The notes under the pieces: model-generated
Told to the model about the DNA's origin: nothing
Seen by the model: only the letters and a program-made list of their open reading frames with translations
The model's database searches: none
Shown: positions 14,157-36,458 of the stretch, piece after piece
Layout of the letters: each line of letters starts with the position of its first letter
How positions within the stretch are numbered: position 1 is the stretch's first letter
NCBI RefSeq assembly: GCF_009914755.1
Contig: NC_060939.1
Strand: one strand, 5' to 3'
DNA length: 64,000 nucleotides
DNA from: the human T2T-CHM13v2.0 reference genome, Homo sapiens
Made by a program: the position numbers and the translations under genes

Positions 14157-15890
14157 TTACAGGAAGCCAATCTTCTCCAGAATCAAGGACATGCTATATC
14201 AGCCTTCTCAGCACTCCTTCTCTCACACTGGAGGCAGGACATGCCATATCTGGACTTTGGGTTTCTCTGGGACATAGTCTGCAAATTATTCCTCTTTGTG
14301 AACCCACAGCCCAGCAAGCAGGGACTGGCATAGGGCAGGTCTCAATACTTATTTGTTAAGTAATGGCCTGGCCAGGTCACCGTGATCAAGGTGGAGTAGG
14401 AAGGCCTGAACTTTGGCACAAAAAGAAAGAAGTTTCACATGCAGACTTCGGGGAGCATGGGAGTGTAAGGAAGAAGGGGATAGCACAGAGCTACATGAGG
14501 GCAGGGGCCCCAGAGCACCACAGAGGTGAGGCCCTCAGTCCTGCAGGTCCAGAAAGAGCATGCCCCTTGATCCAGGTACCTGGAATTAACTTGCCTCTCC
14601 AGGGCTTGAGAAAACCTGAATGCAACTCGTGAATTTCCTTTGAGAAGTGTTAACTTCCAACAGGACTTTGGGGTAGTCTGGGAGCAGGCTATCTTCCAAA
14701 GCAAGCAAAGAAATGAATAAAGCTTCCCCAGCTCTGCCTCCTCAGCCAATCGCCTCTGGCCTCCGAAGCCCCATCCTGCCATAGCCCACTTCCAGGTCCC
14801 TTGTGCAGATGGCTGCCCACCATATTTGGCTTTCATGGACTGATTCTCTAAAGGCCTGGGAGTACTGACCAGGCTGGAGGGAAGGGCAGGCTCCTGAGGC
14901 CTTACAGTCCCTAGGAAGTTGCGTATCTGCCCAACCCCTGCTCTCCACCCTGCAGACTGTAAGGTTTACAAGAGCCAGGCCCTATCATCATCCTTTCTAG
15001 TCTGTTTCTAAGTTGGAACAGAGTACGGAATGGGTACACAGGAGCCAGCACAGTGGTTGCGATGGTTTAAGTTTGAAGCCGGGGCGCTGACCCAGTGAGG
15101 TCACCTGGAACTGTGCCCCTTTCCCCTTACCAGCTGGGAGTCTGACATGCTTTTCCATTGGCGAAGACCTAGCTGGCTCTCCCCTCACCCTCTTCATACC
15201 CGCTCTCCAGCTCTCCCCCTCCCTCCTGCCCCCACCACCTCAGATCCACCAGCCTTTCCAGCTGTCACTCAAGGCATCATCCTGCTCCCTCACCTCCAGT
15301 CACTGGCTTCCCAGGATCTCTGAATCAAGTCCCTCCTCTGCATCCCACAGCCACTGTCCTAGACCAGGGCACCTGCTCCTAGGTTGTCAGAGTGACTGTC
15401 CCATCATGCACAGCTGATCGTGTTGTTCCCTGGTTCCAAATCCTTCAGCAACTTCCCATCACTCACAGAACTGGTTCAATCTCCTCAGCTAGGATCTTGT
15501 CCTAGCACACTCCTTGGGTATCATTTCTCATGAATTCCCTCTTAAATCTGAAAATGGCCAAAATTAGTTCCCAAACAGGCTTTTGCAAGAGCTATCTTTT
15601 CTGTTTCAAGTGTCCCCCGTACCCCACCACCTACAACCCTAAATCCCTGGTGAATTTCCACTGCTTTTGCAGGTCCCAGCTGTGGGCTCTCCTTTCCAGA
15701 ATGTCTCCGTTTGCAGGCTTGCTCTTCCATTACATCTACGGCTCTTAGAAAGCAGGGGCTGCGTGTGGCTCATCTTTGTACGCCCAGCTCCCGGCAGGAC
15801 GTGGCACGAAGCAGTGCCAGTGTGAACGGATGAATGGATCAAAGCCGGGAGCAGGGCTGCCCCCCTGCAGCTCTGCCCTACCTCTCCCGC

Positions 15891-15901
15891 TTTACCGTAA
15901 G
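15891..15901 (+). promoter_or_regulatory. PML: PML GAS element TTTACCGTAAG (IFN-gamma/STAT1)
   Basis: Exact match to the known PML GAS sequence (recalled). Confidence 0.85.
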
Positions 15902-16132
15902 TCAGCGGTAGGTCTGCAGCTCTCCGCCTCTACCTCCTCCCCGCTCTGGGCGTGTCTTTAAAACCCACAGTCGGCCTCTCTGCCCCCTAGAACCGCCCCC
16001 AGCTTCTGTCTCACTTCCTCTCCAGAGGCGGGCCCTGAGCCGGCACCTCCCCTTTCGGACAGCTCAAGGGACTCAGCCAACTGGCTCACGCCTCCCCTTC
16101 AGCTTCTCTTCACGCACTCCAAGATCTAAACC

Positions 16133-16145
16133 GAGAATCGAAACT
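16133..16145 (+). promoter_or_regulatory. PML: PML ISRE GAGAATCGAAACT in the 5'UTR
   Basis: Exact match to the known PML ISRE, 12 nt before the ATG. Confidence 0.88.
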
Positions 16146-16157
16146 AAGCTGGGGTCC

Positions 16158-16286
16158 ATGGAGCCTGCACCCGCCCGATCTCCGAGGCCCCAGCAGGACC
16201 CCGCCCGGCCCCAGGAGCCCACCATGCCTCCCCCCGAGACCCCCTCTGAAGGCCGCCAGCCCAGCCCCAGCCCCAGCCCTACAGAG
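16158..16286 (+). CDS. PML: PML exon 1 coding part (MEPAPARSPRPQQDPARPQEPTMPPPETPSEGRQPSPSPSPTE)
   Basis: Manual translation equals the PML N-terminus; donor GAG|GTACTA; 129 nt. Confidence 0.97.
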
Positions 16287-16659
16287 GTACTATTGGGTTA
16301 GGGGATGATGGGGTTAAGCTTTGTTGGTTTGCTGTGGTGGGGAGAGGCGGGAAGAGAGGGTCTAACGGAGGATTTGGTCAAGTACCCTAGAGAGTGACAC
16401 AAAGCGGGAAGTCCAGACACCAGGGTCCTGACCGTCTCGGGTGGGGCAGGGAAGGGAGGGTAGGATAGAGTAGAAAAGAGGACACGGAGGAGTTGGGGCG
16501 GCCTCGCTGGGCTGCGGTTTCTCCACTGAGCAGTTGGGCAAGGTGAGAAGGGTCAGTGGCCTCCGGGCCTGGGCCCTTCCGCCCACCCTCGAGCCCTGCC
16601 TCAACTTTGCCTCAGATGCAGGACTTCAGATTAGGGAGGATGGAGGTAGTACCCCTGTT

Positions 16660-16687
16660 GCGCTGGCCTGGAGCCAGGGGCATGTCC
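16660..16687 (+). promoter_or_regulatory. PML: p53 response element in PML intron 1
   Basis: GCGCTGGCCT-8 nt-GGGCATGTCC; second half-site is a perfect RRRCWWGYYY; PML is an established p53 target. Confidence 0.65.
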
Positions 16688-16980
16688 CAGGCACGGCAAA
16701 ACTAAAACCAACTTCCCAGATCCGAGGTGAGAAACTGGCTCAGACTGAAGAGGTATCTTTGCCAAGGCCTCCCAGCTCATGTGGTTTCTGCTTAAGGAAG
16801 CCTCCCCAACGAACCCTTCTCTTGCCACACCTTTCCTGCCCACCTCCCACCTCCCCCGACAAAGGAACTACTTGGGTTTCTTGCTCTGCTGCCTTTCAGG
16901 CCCTTTTACTCCCCTTCATGAAAGTACAGAGGACACCGTATTACAGTAACTTTTATAAACATTATTACAACTAAGAATAA

Positions 16981-17396
<416 letters not shown>

Positions 17397-17574
17397 TGTT
17401 TTTGTATTTTACAAAATGTGGTAAAATATACCTAATGGATAAGTTCCTATGTTAACCATTTATAAGTGTACCATTCAGTGGCATTAAGTAGATTCACAAT
17501 ATTGTGTAACCATCACCACCATCTATTTCCAGAACTTTTTCATTACTCCAGAAACTCTGTACTCTTTAAACCAT

Positions 17575-18115
17575 AGGGGAGGGAAAGATGGCTTGCCTCC
17601 ACCCTTCTAGTTTCCTTGGCTGGGCTATGAATTAAATAGCCTATGAATTAAATAGTCATAAAATAGATTACCAGCGGAAAACCCATATTTAATTACATAT
17701 GTATACTCAGGAGTCCCACAATATATGAGACTCAAAGAAAGGTCAGATGATTGAAGCCTGTATAACATCCTGAGCTACGGAAAAGAGCTTGGAGCTTCTG
17801 GGTGATGGTGATAACACAAGTTATGGGAGGGTGAGGAGAGGAGCTGTTTGGTGAATAGAGGTTGTCTTGCTATGTAGATTAAAAGTTCTTAGATAATAAA
17901 AGTTGTCTGGAGCAGCCCTCTTTTAATATAGATCATTTTACTAATGTAGATTTTCTTTTAAGATATAAATGCCTTTCTTTTTTACAAAAGGAGAGCTTTT
18001 CAGAGCTATTCCTGTATCAGCAGTTTCTCAGAATAACCAGCTTAAAATATGCCAAAGAAGTATATTTCAAGAGCCTCCTGCAGTCATACTTTGAAGTGGT
18101 GTGTCCTGAGCCCCA
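17575..18115 (-). mobile_element. ERV1 solo LTR, MER67/MER31-like
   Basis: Similar to the 27360-28700 element and to the remembered MER67/31 consensus (tatgccaaag...). Confidence 0.55.
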
Positions 18116-18223
18116 GTAATGCAACAGCTCCTCATTTTCTCCTTCCCCTAGCCCTTGGTAACTTCTAATCTACCTTCTGTCCCTATGAACTTACTTATTC
18201 TAGATATTTCATGTAAGTGGAAT

Positions 18224-18673
18224 TGTTACCAGTAGAGGATCTTGACTGCAAATTGTTCAGGTTCTTGGCATTTTGAACAAAGAATTGGACAAAATGTACA
18301 GCAAAGCAAGGAAAGAGTGAAGCAATGAAAGCAGAGATTTATTGAAAATGAAAGTACACCCCACAGGGTGGGAGCGGCTAGAGCAGGGCTCAAGGACCCC
18401 AGTTACAGAATCTTCTGGGTTCCAAATACCCCCTAGAGGTTTCCCATTGGCCACTTGGTGTTCACCCCATTGGTTGCAGAAAGCAACCAACCAGACGTAC
18501 TTTCAATTTTCCATCTGCCCTGCAGGAAATGGGGTGATTTGCAAAGAGAGTAGCCTCTCTTCCTTTTGTTACTGAGGCATGGAGAGTTGCGGTTTTCCTT
18601 TCGATTTAGTTCTAGGAAGTCAGAGGGAATCGGCCTTAGGTTCCCTGCCTCCAGACCCTATTCTCCTGCCTCA
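18224..18673 (-). mobile_element. MER51A-like ERV1 solo LTR with 4-bp TSD GAAT
   Basis: Reverse strand starts TGAGGCAGGAGAATAGGGTCTGGAGGCAGGGAACCTAAGG; TG...CA ends; GAAT at 18220-18223 and 18674-18677. Confidence 0.85.
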
Positions 18674-19348
18674 GAATCATACAGTATTTGACCTTTTGTG
18701 ACTGGCTTATTTCACTTAGCATAATGTCATTGAGGTCTATCTATGTTGTAGCATGTATCAGAATTTCATTTCTTTCTAACGCTGAGTAATATTCCATTAT
18801 ATGTGTAGACCACATTTTGTTTATCTATTCATCTGTTGATGGATACTTGGATTGTTTCTACATTTTGTCTATTGTGAATAGTGTTGCTGTGGACATTGTT
18901 GTACAAGTATCTGTTTGGGCCTTGTTTTTACATCTTTTGGTTATATATCTAAGAGTGGAATTTCTGGGTCATATTGTTGTTCCATGCTTACCTCTTTAAT
19001 GAACCCCCAAACTGTGCATTAAGCACTTTATATGAGGTTGGTACTTAGTGTATCTACCTTCCAAACTGAGTTCCTTGAAGGCAGAATGTATCCTACACCT
19101 CTTATATCTCAGAGCCTATTACTGTGGGTGATGAGAAGTAGATGCTCAATAAATGGTGCAGTGAGAGCTGGAGGGCCTGAATAAATGGGGGTATTGGGGT
19201 GCTGATAAGCCAGGGTTTTGCATCATCCAATGACTGGCTGGAATGGAATATGAGGTCCTACTCCAGGGTCCAGCTGTAAGGGTGGTTGGCCGGTAGGTGG
19301 GGGCTTTTGGGACTTCTCCAGGCCTCACCTGCCTCTCTGGTCCCCCAG

Positions 19349-19821
19349 CGAGCCCCCGCTTCGGAGGAGGAGTTCCAGTTTCTGCGCTGCCAGCAATGCC
19401 AGGCGGAAGCCAAGTGCCCGAAGCTGCTGCCTTGTCTGCACACGCTGTGCTCAGGATGCCTGGAGGCGTCGGGCATGCAGTGCCCCATCTGCCAGGCGCC
19501 CTGGCCCCTAGGTGCAGACACACCCGCCCTGGATAACGTCTTTTTCGAGAGTCTGCAGCGGCGCCTGTCGGTGTACCGGCAGATTGTGGATGCGCAGGCT
19601 GTGTGCACCCGCTGCAAAGAGTCGGCCGACTTCTGGTGCTTTGAGTGCGAGCAGCTCCTCTGCGCCAAGTGCTTCGAGGCACACCAGTGGTTCCTCAAGC
19701 ACGAGGCCCGGCCCCTAGCAGAGCTGCGCAACCAGTCGGTGCGTGAGTTCCTGGACGGCACCCGCAAGACCAACAACATCTTCTGCTCCAACCCCAACCA
19801 CCGCACCCCTACGCTGACCAG
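19349..19821 (+). CDS. PML: PML exon 2 (RING finger, B-box1, start of B-box2; SUMO sites K65, K160)
   Basis: ORF 19286..19825 with C3HC4 RING CQQC...CLHTLCSGC...CPIC; CAG acceptor, GTGAGT donor; 473 nt. Confidence 0.98.
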
Positions 19822-21165
19822 GTGAGTAGGCCGGCACAGGGTGGGGTGGTGCATCCAAGTACCAGGTAGAGGGCGAGAGGAGCAAAGATCCAAAGAGTCA
19901 CACAGCTGAGGACAAGGAGCTTCTGGGGCCTTGCAACTCTAAATGTGGTCTGCAGATATGCAGTGTCCGTGTTGATGACCACAATTTATGCTGCCATTCC
20001 CCACGCAGGTGGATAGTAAGTTTCCAATTTCCTCCTGTAATAAATAATGCTGCAGAATCATCTTTGCATCTTTATCCAGTAACTTCTTTAGGATAAATTT
20101 TTAGAAGTGCCACTGCTGGGTGTAGGGGGACGGGAATTCTACATTTGATACATGTTACCAAACTGCCCTTTAGAATTTAGTGGAATTTTCCGAGAGCACT
20201 GACACGGAATCTCAGTAAGGCTGGATTCTAGGATCAGAGACAGGTAGTTAGTTTCTGTCTGAAAAGTTGAAACCATTAACACCAGGCAGCGCTATCTGAG
20301 AATGTCTGTATGGGGAAAAAAAATCACATCCAGTTGTAATTATTTTTATTAAACAGATTTTAACTCAGTTTTTTAATAGGTAATACATTCGTACAGTTCA
20401 CGAACAAAATTTGTAAAGAGGAGAGAGAGAGTGCAATCTTCTGTCCATGCCCAACTGCCTAATTCCCACCACTTCTCCCTCTTCCCATCCACAGGTAGCC
20501 ATTGTTACTAGTTTTGAATGTTTCTTCTGAGAGTTTCTTTACGAATATATATGCAGGTAGGAGCAATCTTATCAGGTCCTATTTTCCCTCTTTTAGCCAA
20601 AAAGGTAGCATAACTATGTGAACTTTTCACCATTAGCAATAGATTGTTCATAGAAGGCGCTTCTTGGTTCTTAGAGATCCACTTGCAAAATGAAAGCATT
20701 TTTCGCTGGTTTTTGACAACTCAGAACTATATATGGCTAAACCACATATTTGCTAAACTACATATCTGCTAAACTGACTGTGATTTGTTTCCTGCTTTAG
20801 GATAAACTTCCCACACTATCAGAATAAGCTTTCCCCTCCGACTCCTCAACAGCTGGTATCACCACGTTTCTTAGCTTATTGTAAAGGTTGAGTGGCTTTC
20901 CACTTGTTTATTGGCCATTGTGTTTCTGCATTTGCGAGTGGCCTGTTTAGGTCCTTTGCCTGTTGTTGTTGTTGTTTCCTTTGAGGAATTAAGGGACTAA
21001 TTAAAGAATTCAGGAACAAATTCCTCGAAAGAAAAAAATGTATGCATTTCTTTTGCTCTTACAATTTATGCAGTTTTAAAACTTACATATTTATTGGATT
21101 TTGATTGAAATTGCAATAAATTAGGAGAAATTGGCTTTATCTCTGGTTCTATCTTTTGGATTTAA

Positions 21166-21500
<335 letters not shown>

Positions 21501-21529
21501 TAAGCTTTCATGTTTTGAACATGATAATG

Positions 21530-22162
21530 CAGCCATCCCACGGGATCCATGGGAGTCTGTTTCAAATTCATAGATGCTCAAGTCTCTGATATAAAATGGC
21601 ATAGTATTTGTATATAACCTCTACACATCCTCCTGTATACTTTATTTTTTATTTTATTTTTATTTTTTGAGACGGGGTCTTGCTCTGTCGCCCAGGCTGG
21701 AGTGCAGTGCTGCACTCGTGGCTCACTGCAGCCTCAATCTCTTGGGTTCAAACAATCCTCCCACCTCAGCCACCAGATTATACAGGACTGCAGGTGTGCA
21801 CCACCACGCTCAGCTAATTTTTAAATTTTTTGTAGAGACAGGGTTGCACGACATTGCCCAGACTGGTCTTGAGAACTCTTGGGCTCAGGCAGCAACCCTC
21901 CCTAGGCCTCTCAAAGTGCTGGGATTACAGGTGTGAGCCACTGTACCCATCCCCTCCTGTATACTTTAAGTCATCTCTAGATTACTTATAATGCCTAATA
22001 CAATGTAAATGCTATGTAAAGAGTTGTTTTACTATATTTTTGAATTTGTATATTTTTTTATTGTGGTACTTTTTTAATTGATTTTTTTTCGCCTGAATAT
22101 TTTTGATCCAAGATTTGTTGAATCCACGGGTGCGTAACCTGCAGATACTGAGGGCCAACTGT
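21530..22162 (+). mobile_element. MER2 (Tigger MITE) interrupted by an antisense AluJ (~21643-21952)
   Basis: MER2 consensus (gatgctcaagtc...atataaaatggc...tctctagattacttataat...gagggccaactgta); cctcctgtatacttta duplicated around the Alu. Confidence 0.8.
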
Positions 22163-22696
22163 ACATATAAATTGTTTAGCGTAGTGCCTGGCACATATTA
22201 AATACTCAGTGAATGTTAAAATTCTATTATAATTTCTCTGCTCTAGAACAATTTGAAGAATATAAGAAATTTAGGCTTATAAAAGTTTTTTGAAAAACCA
22301 TCTTGGAACTGGTGCCTTTTTTATAGTAGATTTTTGGGAACTTTTCCCATTTTTGCCATGGCATTAATCTGTTTTGGCTCTTGTGTCAGATTTTTGGAAG
22401 ATTTTCCAGTTCATCCTGAGTTATCTTTCATTATTTAAAAATCTCCTATATGCCTGTAACTATACCCCCTTTTTTTATTTCTGATGTTGTATATTTGTGG
22501 TTTAGCAGTCTTTTCAAAGTACTGTACTTTTAGTCTTTCCTTAGATTGCTTACTGATTTTAATGTTTTCCTTCTTTCTGTTTGATCATTTTATTTTTGTC
22601 ATTTTCTTCCTTCTAACTTTTGTCATTATTCATTTTCTAGCTTCTTGAACTTATAATTCATTTATTTGCAATCTTTATTGTTTAATAATAATAACT

Positions 22697-26700
<4,004 letters not shown>

Positions 26701-27359
26701 ATTTGTTTATTTTTAAAATTTTTACTACTGTTGTTATATGGATATTGGAACTCCAAGAACATATTTTACATCTTTTAAATTTTTTCCCCATTAATTCTGT
26801 TGCTTTGCTTTTTTTCCCCGAGATTCTCAGAGAGCTCCTCGAATTGTTTTTCTAACTCGCCAGCTCATCTTTTCGCCGCTGACTCCATTCTTCTATCTGC
26901 TACCCCTGTAGAGTTGTTGTGGGTTTTTTCCCCCCAGCAATCTTTTTTTTTTTTAATTGCCAAAAGAGCTTAATGCTCTCAGGATGCTTTTTCTTGGCAG
27001 CCTGCTCTTGTTTTCTCATTGTAGTGTGTTCTTAAGTCTCCCTGAAAAACACAGTTGGCATTTACAGAGGTGTATGTTTCCTACACGATCCCCTTTTCAA
27101 TGGGTACTTGCTCAGTTTGGCTGCTGATTCTCTTCATAGGTCCTGCGGTCTGTGCTATCTGCTCCCATGTAAAAGTTGACATCTAGATTGTTCAGTGTTT
27201 GTAGCTAGCGTGGGCTGGCAGCAATTGTGTAAAGCACAATTTATACCCCACATTCAATCCCTGCAGTGGAACAGGGCCGCTCCCCACGAGCCCCAGATGG
27301 TGTCAGCTTGTAAGTAGTCCCACCTCTGCTGTGGGGGTCAGAGGTGGATTTCTCTCCAT

Positions 27360-28700
<1,341 letters not shown>

Positions 28701-29013
28701 TCAGGTACAATGGGCAGGGAAGGTTCAGCCAGCAAGAGGGCAGGATTCCTGTTCCTTGAGCACGGTGCATGGCCTTAACAAACCTGAAAAATCATGTGCT
28801 CCCACTCCCATTTCACATTGTTTCACAATTTACCAGTGGTTACTGGACAAACTCAACTTATTTTTTCTGCACAAAACTTCAGTGCCATAAATAAGAGCTC
28901 ACAACTTTCCTCTGGTCACAAGTCAGTTAGCAGCCACCTCGCTCTTTGACCCTGGGCTGATTTAGAGCTCACACTGGGGAGCAGCCCCAGAGGTGGCTTT
29001 AAACCTGGGACTC

Positions 29014-29059
29014 GGGGTGTCTGCCCTGGGGTGGCTGCCCTGGGGTGGCTGCCCTGGGG
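29014..29059 (+). repeat. 14-bp tandem repeat (GGGGTGGCTGCCCT) x3.3
   Basis: Read directly; one mismatch in unit 1. Confidence 0.9.
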
Positions 29060-29809
29060 CCATTGGTATTTGCTCCACATGCCTGTGGAGTCCATTTTTT
29101 CATGTTCATGTCACACCTACTGTGTTGCATGTTCTTTACTAGGGGGTGGGGTAGAAATATGAATGGACATAGCCCCTCCTTGAGATCACAGCCTGGTAAA
29201 CAGATCAGCCATTAACAATTGAGGCGGCAGGGTTCCGTGCAGAAGGCTGCATGACTTTGCTGTCTATTGTGACTGCGTTTTGATAGTTACCTTTGTCACA
29301 CTGTCTTCTGTATTATGTTTGCCCTCAGCAACATGTCGTATCTGGCACAGGGCTGACATCCTGTTTGTGCTCAGTCATTTGTGGAAGGAAGAAGTCAGGC
29401 AGGCACAAAGGTGGCTGAGCTCAGAAAAGGCCACTTACCCTGCTGGGATCAGCTGGGGAAGGTGGCTTCCAAGAGGCCATCACACTTAGTGTGATGTATA
29501 AGGAAATAGAAAGGCCACAGACAGGAGGGACTGCACGTGCAAGGAAGGGGCACTAGTGAGTTTGCAGCATCTCAGGAACTGCAATAGAAGGTTGATGTGA
29601 GGGCAGGCACTAGAAGGGTGAGTTGGGGTCAGATGTGGCAGGCTTGGAAGGAGTCAGGACTCTATGCTACAATTTCCAGAACACTCAGTGTTCTCAGCTT
29701 TCTCCTTTGTCATGCCTTCATACCACCTAATCTTCTCACCAGTGACTATCCTCTGGAAGACAATGGGAATGGGACCCTGTGGAGGGCTCTGTTGAAAACC
29801 CATTGATGG

Positions 29810-30109
29810 GGCCGGGCGTGGTGGCTCACGCCTGTAATCCCAGCACTTTGGGAGGCTGAGGTGGGCAGATCACGAGGTCAGGAGATTGAGACCATCCTGG
29901 CTAACATGGTGAAACCCCGTCTCTACTAAAAATACAAAAAAATTAGCCGGGCGTGGTGGCGGGTGCCTGTAGTCCCAGCTACTTAGGAGGCTGAGGCGGG
30001 AGAATGGCGTGAACCCAGGAGGCGGAGCTTGCAGTGAGCCAAGATTGCGCCGATGCACTCCAGCCTGGGTGACAGAGCGAGACTGTGTCTCAAAAAAAAA
30101 AAAAAAAAG
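29810..30109 (+). mobile_element. AluY with 16-bp TSD
   Basis: AluY diagnostics (accatcctggctaac, gaatggcgtgaacc, gagcttgcagt); TSD gaaaacccattgatgg. Confidence 0.93.
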
Positions 30110-30957
30110 GAAAACCCATTGATGGGCATTGAGGAGTGGTGGGATGATCAGAGCCTCTCTCTGCACTCTGGTACTTTGACAAGAGTGGGCAAGTTTGGGA
30201 ACAGGGATATCAGTATTTCTTTGGCTGCATACTTATTTATATTTCACCCCATTCCACGGAGAATTTGAGGGGATTTATCACCAGATGTGGGATACTTATC
30301 CAATAGAAACTGAAGCAAAGAATCTGGACAAGGGAAAGGGAGCCTCATGAGTACACTAGGTCTTAGGTCCAGGTGGGGGTGAGGCCTGCAAGAATGCAGA
30401 GATGGAGGGGTGTGGAGACGGCTGTGGTCCCACACTGCCAGCACTTGCCTGACCAGACATTCTCAGGAGTGCTTCCACCCAAGCATGGTGTGGGTCTAGG
30501 GCTGCAGGTGGAGCTAAGTCCTGTCTGCGTCTGGGTGTCAGATCCTAAAATTTGCTGGATGGAGTTGGGGAATTAATCCAGCTGAAAGAGCTTGAAATAT
30601 CATTGAATGGAGGAAACAAAAGGCCTATTAATCAAGTTTAAGAGGTGTGATTGAAGGATTGGCACCTATCCCTGCTTGGTGCTCTCTTGGTGCCCTCTGT
30701 GAAGTTAGCAGTAAATTGCATTTTATTGGGGATTGATATTATTGGGATTGCTTCCTGGCCTGCAAGGAGCATTACATGGGCAGAAGAAAGGCTGCTGCCA
30801 GGAGTTGGGCAACATGATGAAAGATGTGGACAATAAATGACCCATTTCCTAGTTTTTCTATGAACTTATCTTGAAGGTAGATTTATAGAATAATATGTGG
30901 ATAAAAGGGGTTTTCCTCCTGGTCTCCTTTGATGTTTTGGAGAAAGAAGCAAGGACT

Positions 30958-33969
<3,012 letters not shown>

Positions 33970-35702
33970 CCATATCGTTTGTTTTTAATGAAATGCTTCT
34001 ATTTTACATGGTAGTAACTGAGTCTCTGCAATGAAAGATCAAGATGGTTGGCTTCCATCCTTCTAGTTTTGGTTCCATGTCAATAGGACTGTAAGGTTCA
34101 CCACTGGTCTTTTTACTTTAACATCACTTTTCCCAAGTTTTGTATTTTGATTGAGCTCTTAATTGGATAGATATTATCAATAAGCAACTTTTTTTTCCAG
34201 GAAGGACTTTTTTGTTCTGAATTCCTTGAGTCTCTTGGTGTTGAGAATGTCTTTGGGTTACTCTGATACTTGAATAATATCTCGGCTGGGTATAATATTC
34301 TTAGGTCACAATCACTTTCACAATTTTGTAGACACTGCTGCATTATCTTCCAGCATCAAATGTTCATTAGGACAGCTCTGGGGTCAAACTGACTTGCTTT
34401 TTCTGTCTTTATGCCTAAAGATATTTTTTATTCTTGAAATTTATTAATTTAACCAAGCTGTCTTGGTGTTTAACATTTTGTATCAAATTATTCTGGAACC
34501 TAGCATGCTCCTTCAATCTAAAAATTATCTTTATTTCAATTGCTTAAATTACTTCTCCTCCATCTTCCTTTTCTTCCTTCTCATTTTCTTCTTTTTCTTG
34601 CTCTATTACTAATAATATCACAATTTGTAATTTATTAACTTTAGGTGTGTTCAGTTTATTAATATAATAGTACTACTACCATTTAGGGTGGGGGAACTTA
34701 TTTACTTAATGACTTAATGAATGAGTAACAAAGATTAGAACCACCATATACATTCACTTGATACATATTTTTATAAAAGTGCTTGAGAATATCAGAATTA
34801 TTTATGTCACACAAGGAGTTACTGCCTGTTTTCTGTGTCACCAGATTCTATTAACATTTAATGATTACCTTTACTCTTTGAATTTTGAATTTTGTAACAA
34901 ATTCCTGCTGTGGCATATTTTGCAATTTGGTTATGTTCTGCCAAAGCTGTAACAGTAGGTGAGGTGTTTCAAATTTGGCATGACTGAATAGAAGAGCTGC
35001 CCGTTCTCACCATATGTTACTCAACTCATATATTGCTATGTTATTTTTACCTTACTCATCAAATTATCTTTTCTCTTATACATGGCTTTAATTAATTGAT
35101 TATTTTAGGTATTTCCATCTCTGGACATTTCATGTACTGAAAATAGATCAGATTTAAATAAAATAGCTTTATAATCAGTATTTATGTGATAAACTCTGTC
35201 TTATTTCTTGCAACATTTACCGGCATGTAAATCCAAATTGAATATTGGTTAATGTTCAGCAATATTCAATACTATATAATTGTAGTGTATTGTTATGAAA
35301 GTCAATGAATTTCCCCCCATGATGTACTTTGTTCCAAAATTTGAATCTCCTTTAATAACATATAACACATAAGTTGCTTAAAAAATTTCTCACTGCTGAC
35401 ACTATTTGGATTGTACTTATGACAGGCATACTGGCCATCACCTCAGCATATGAGGATAACCATATTTTAGAAATACCATGCTGGTGGCACTGGGGAGAGC
35501 TGATTGGAGCTGGAGAGACCAGAGGCAGGGAGGCCTCTTAGGACATCGTGCTCAAGGAGATAAGCAATAATTGAGGCAAGAACAGAGGCAGTAGCAGTGG
35601 GAACTGCTGGGACAGGTTTAGGAGCCAGCATTCTGCCTTAATCATCTTTACACCCTTGCCGCATGCCTAGACCTAGTTGGTACTTAGTAATTTTGGGGGG
35701 GT

Positions 35703-36458
<756 letters not shown>

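Larger units (their letters stand above)
15760..16290. promoter_or_regulatory. PML: PML promoter / first-exon CpG-rich region
   Basis: CpG-rich, GC boxes (e.g. ccgcccc near 15993), no clear TATA, immediately upstream of the PML ATG. Confidence 0.8.
17400..19010 (-). mobile_element. L1MB-like 3' remnant interrupted by two LTRs
   Basis: L1M 3'UTR motifs (cagtggcattaagta, gtggaat|catacagtatttg, tattccattatatg) on both sides of the inserts. Confidence 0.75.

Noticed and set aside
16696-16709. ISRE-like GCAAAACTAAAACC next to the p53 site
   Set aside because: Lacks both GAAA cores
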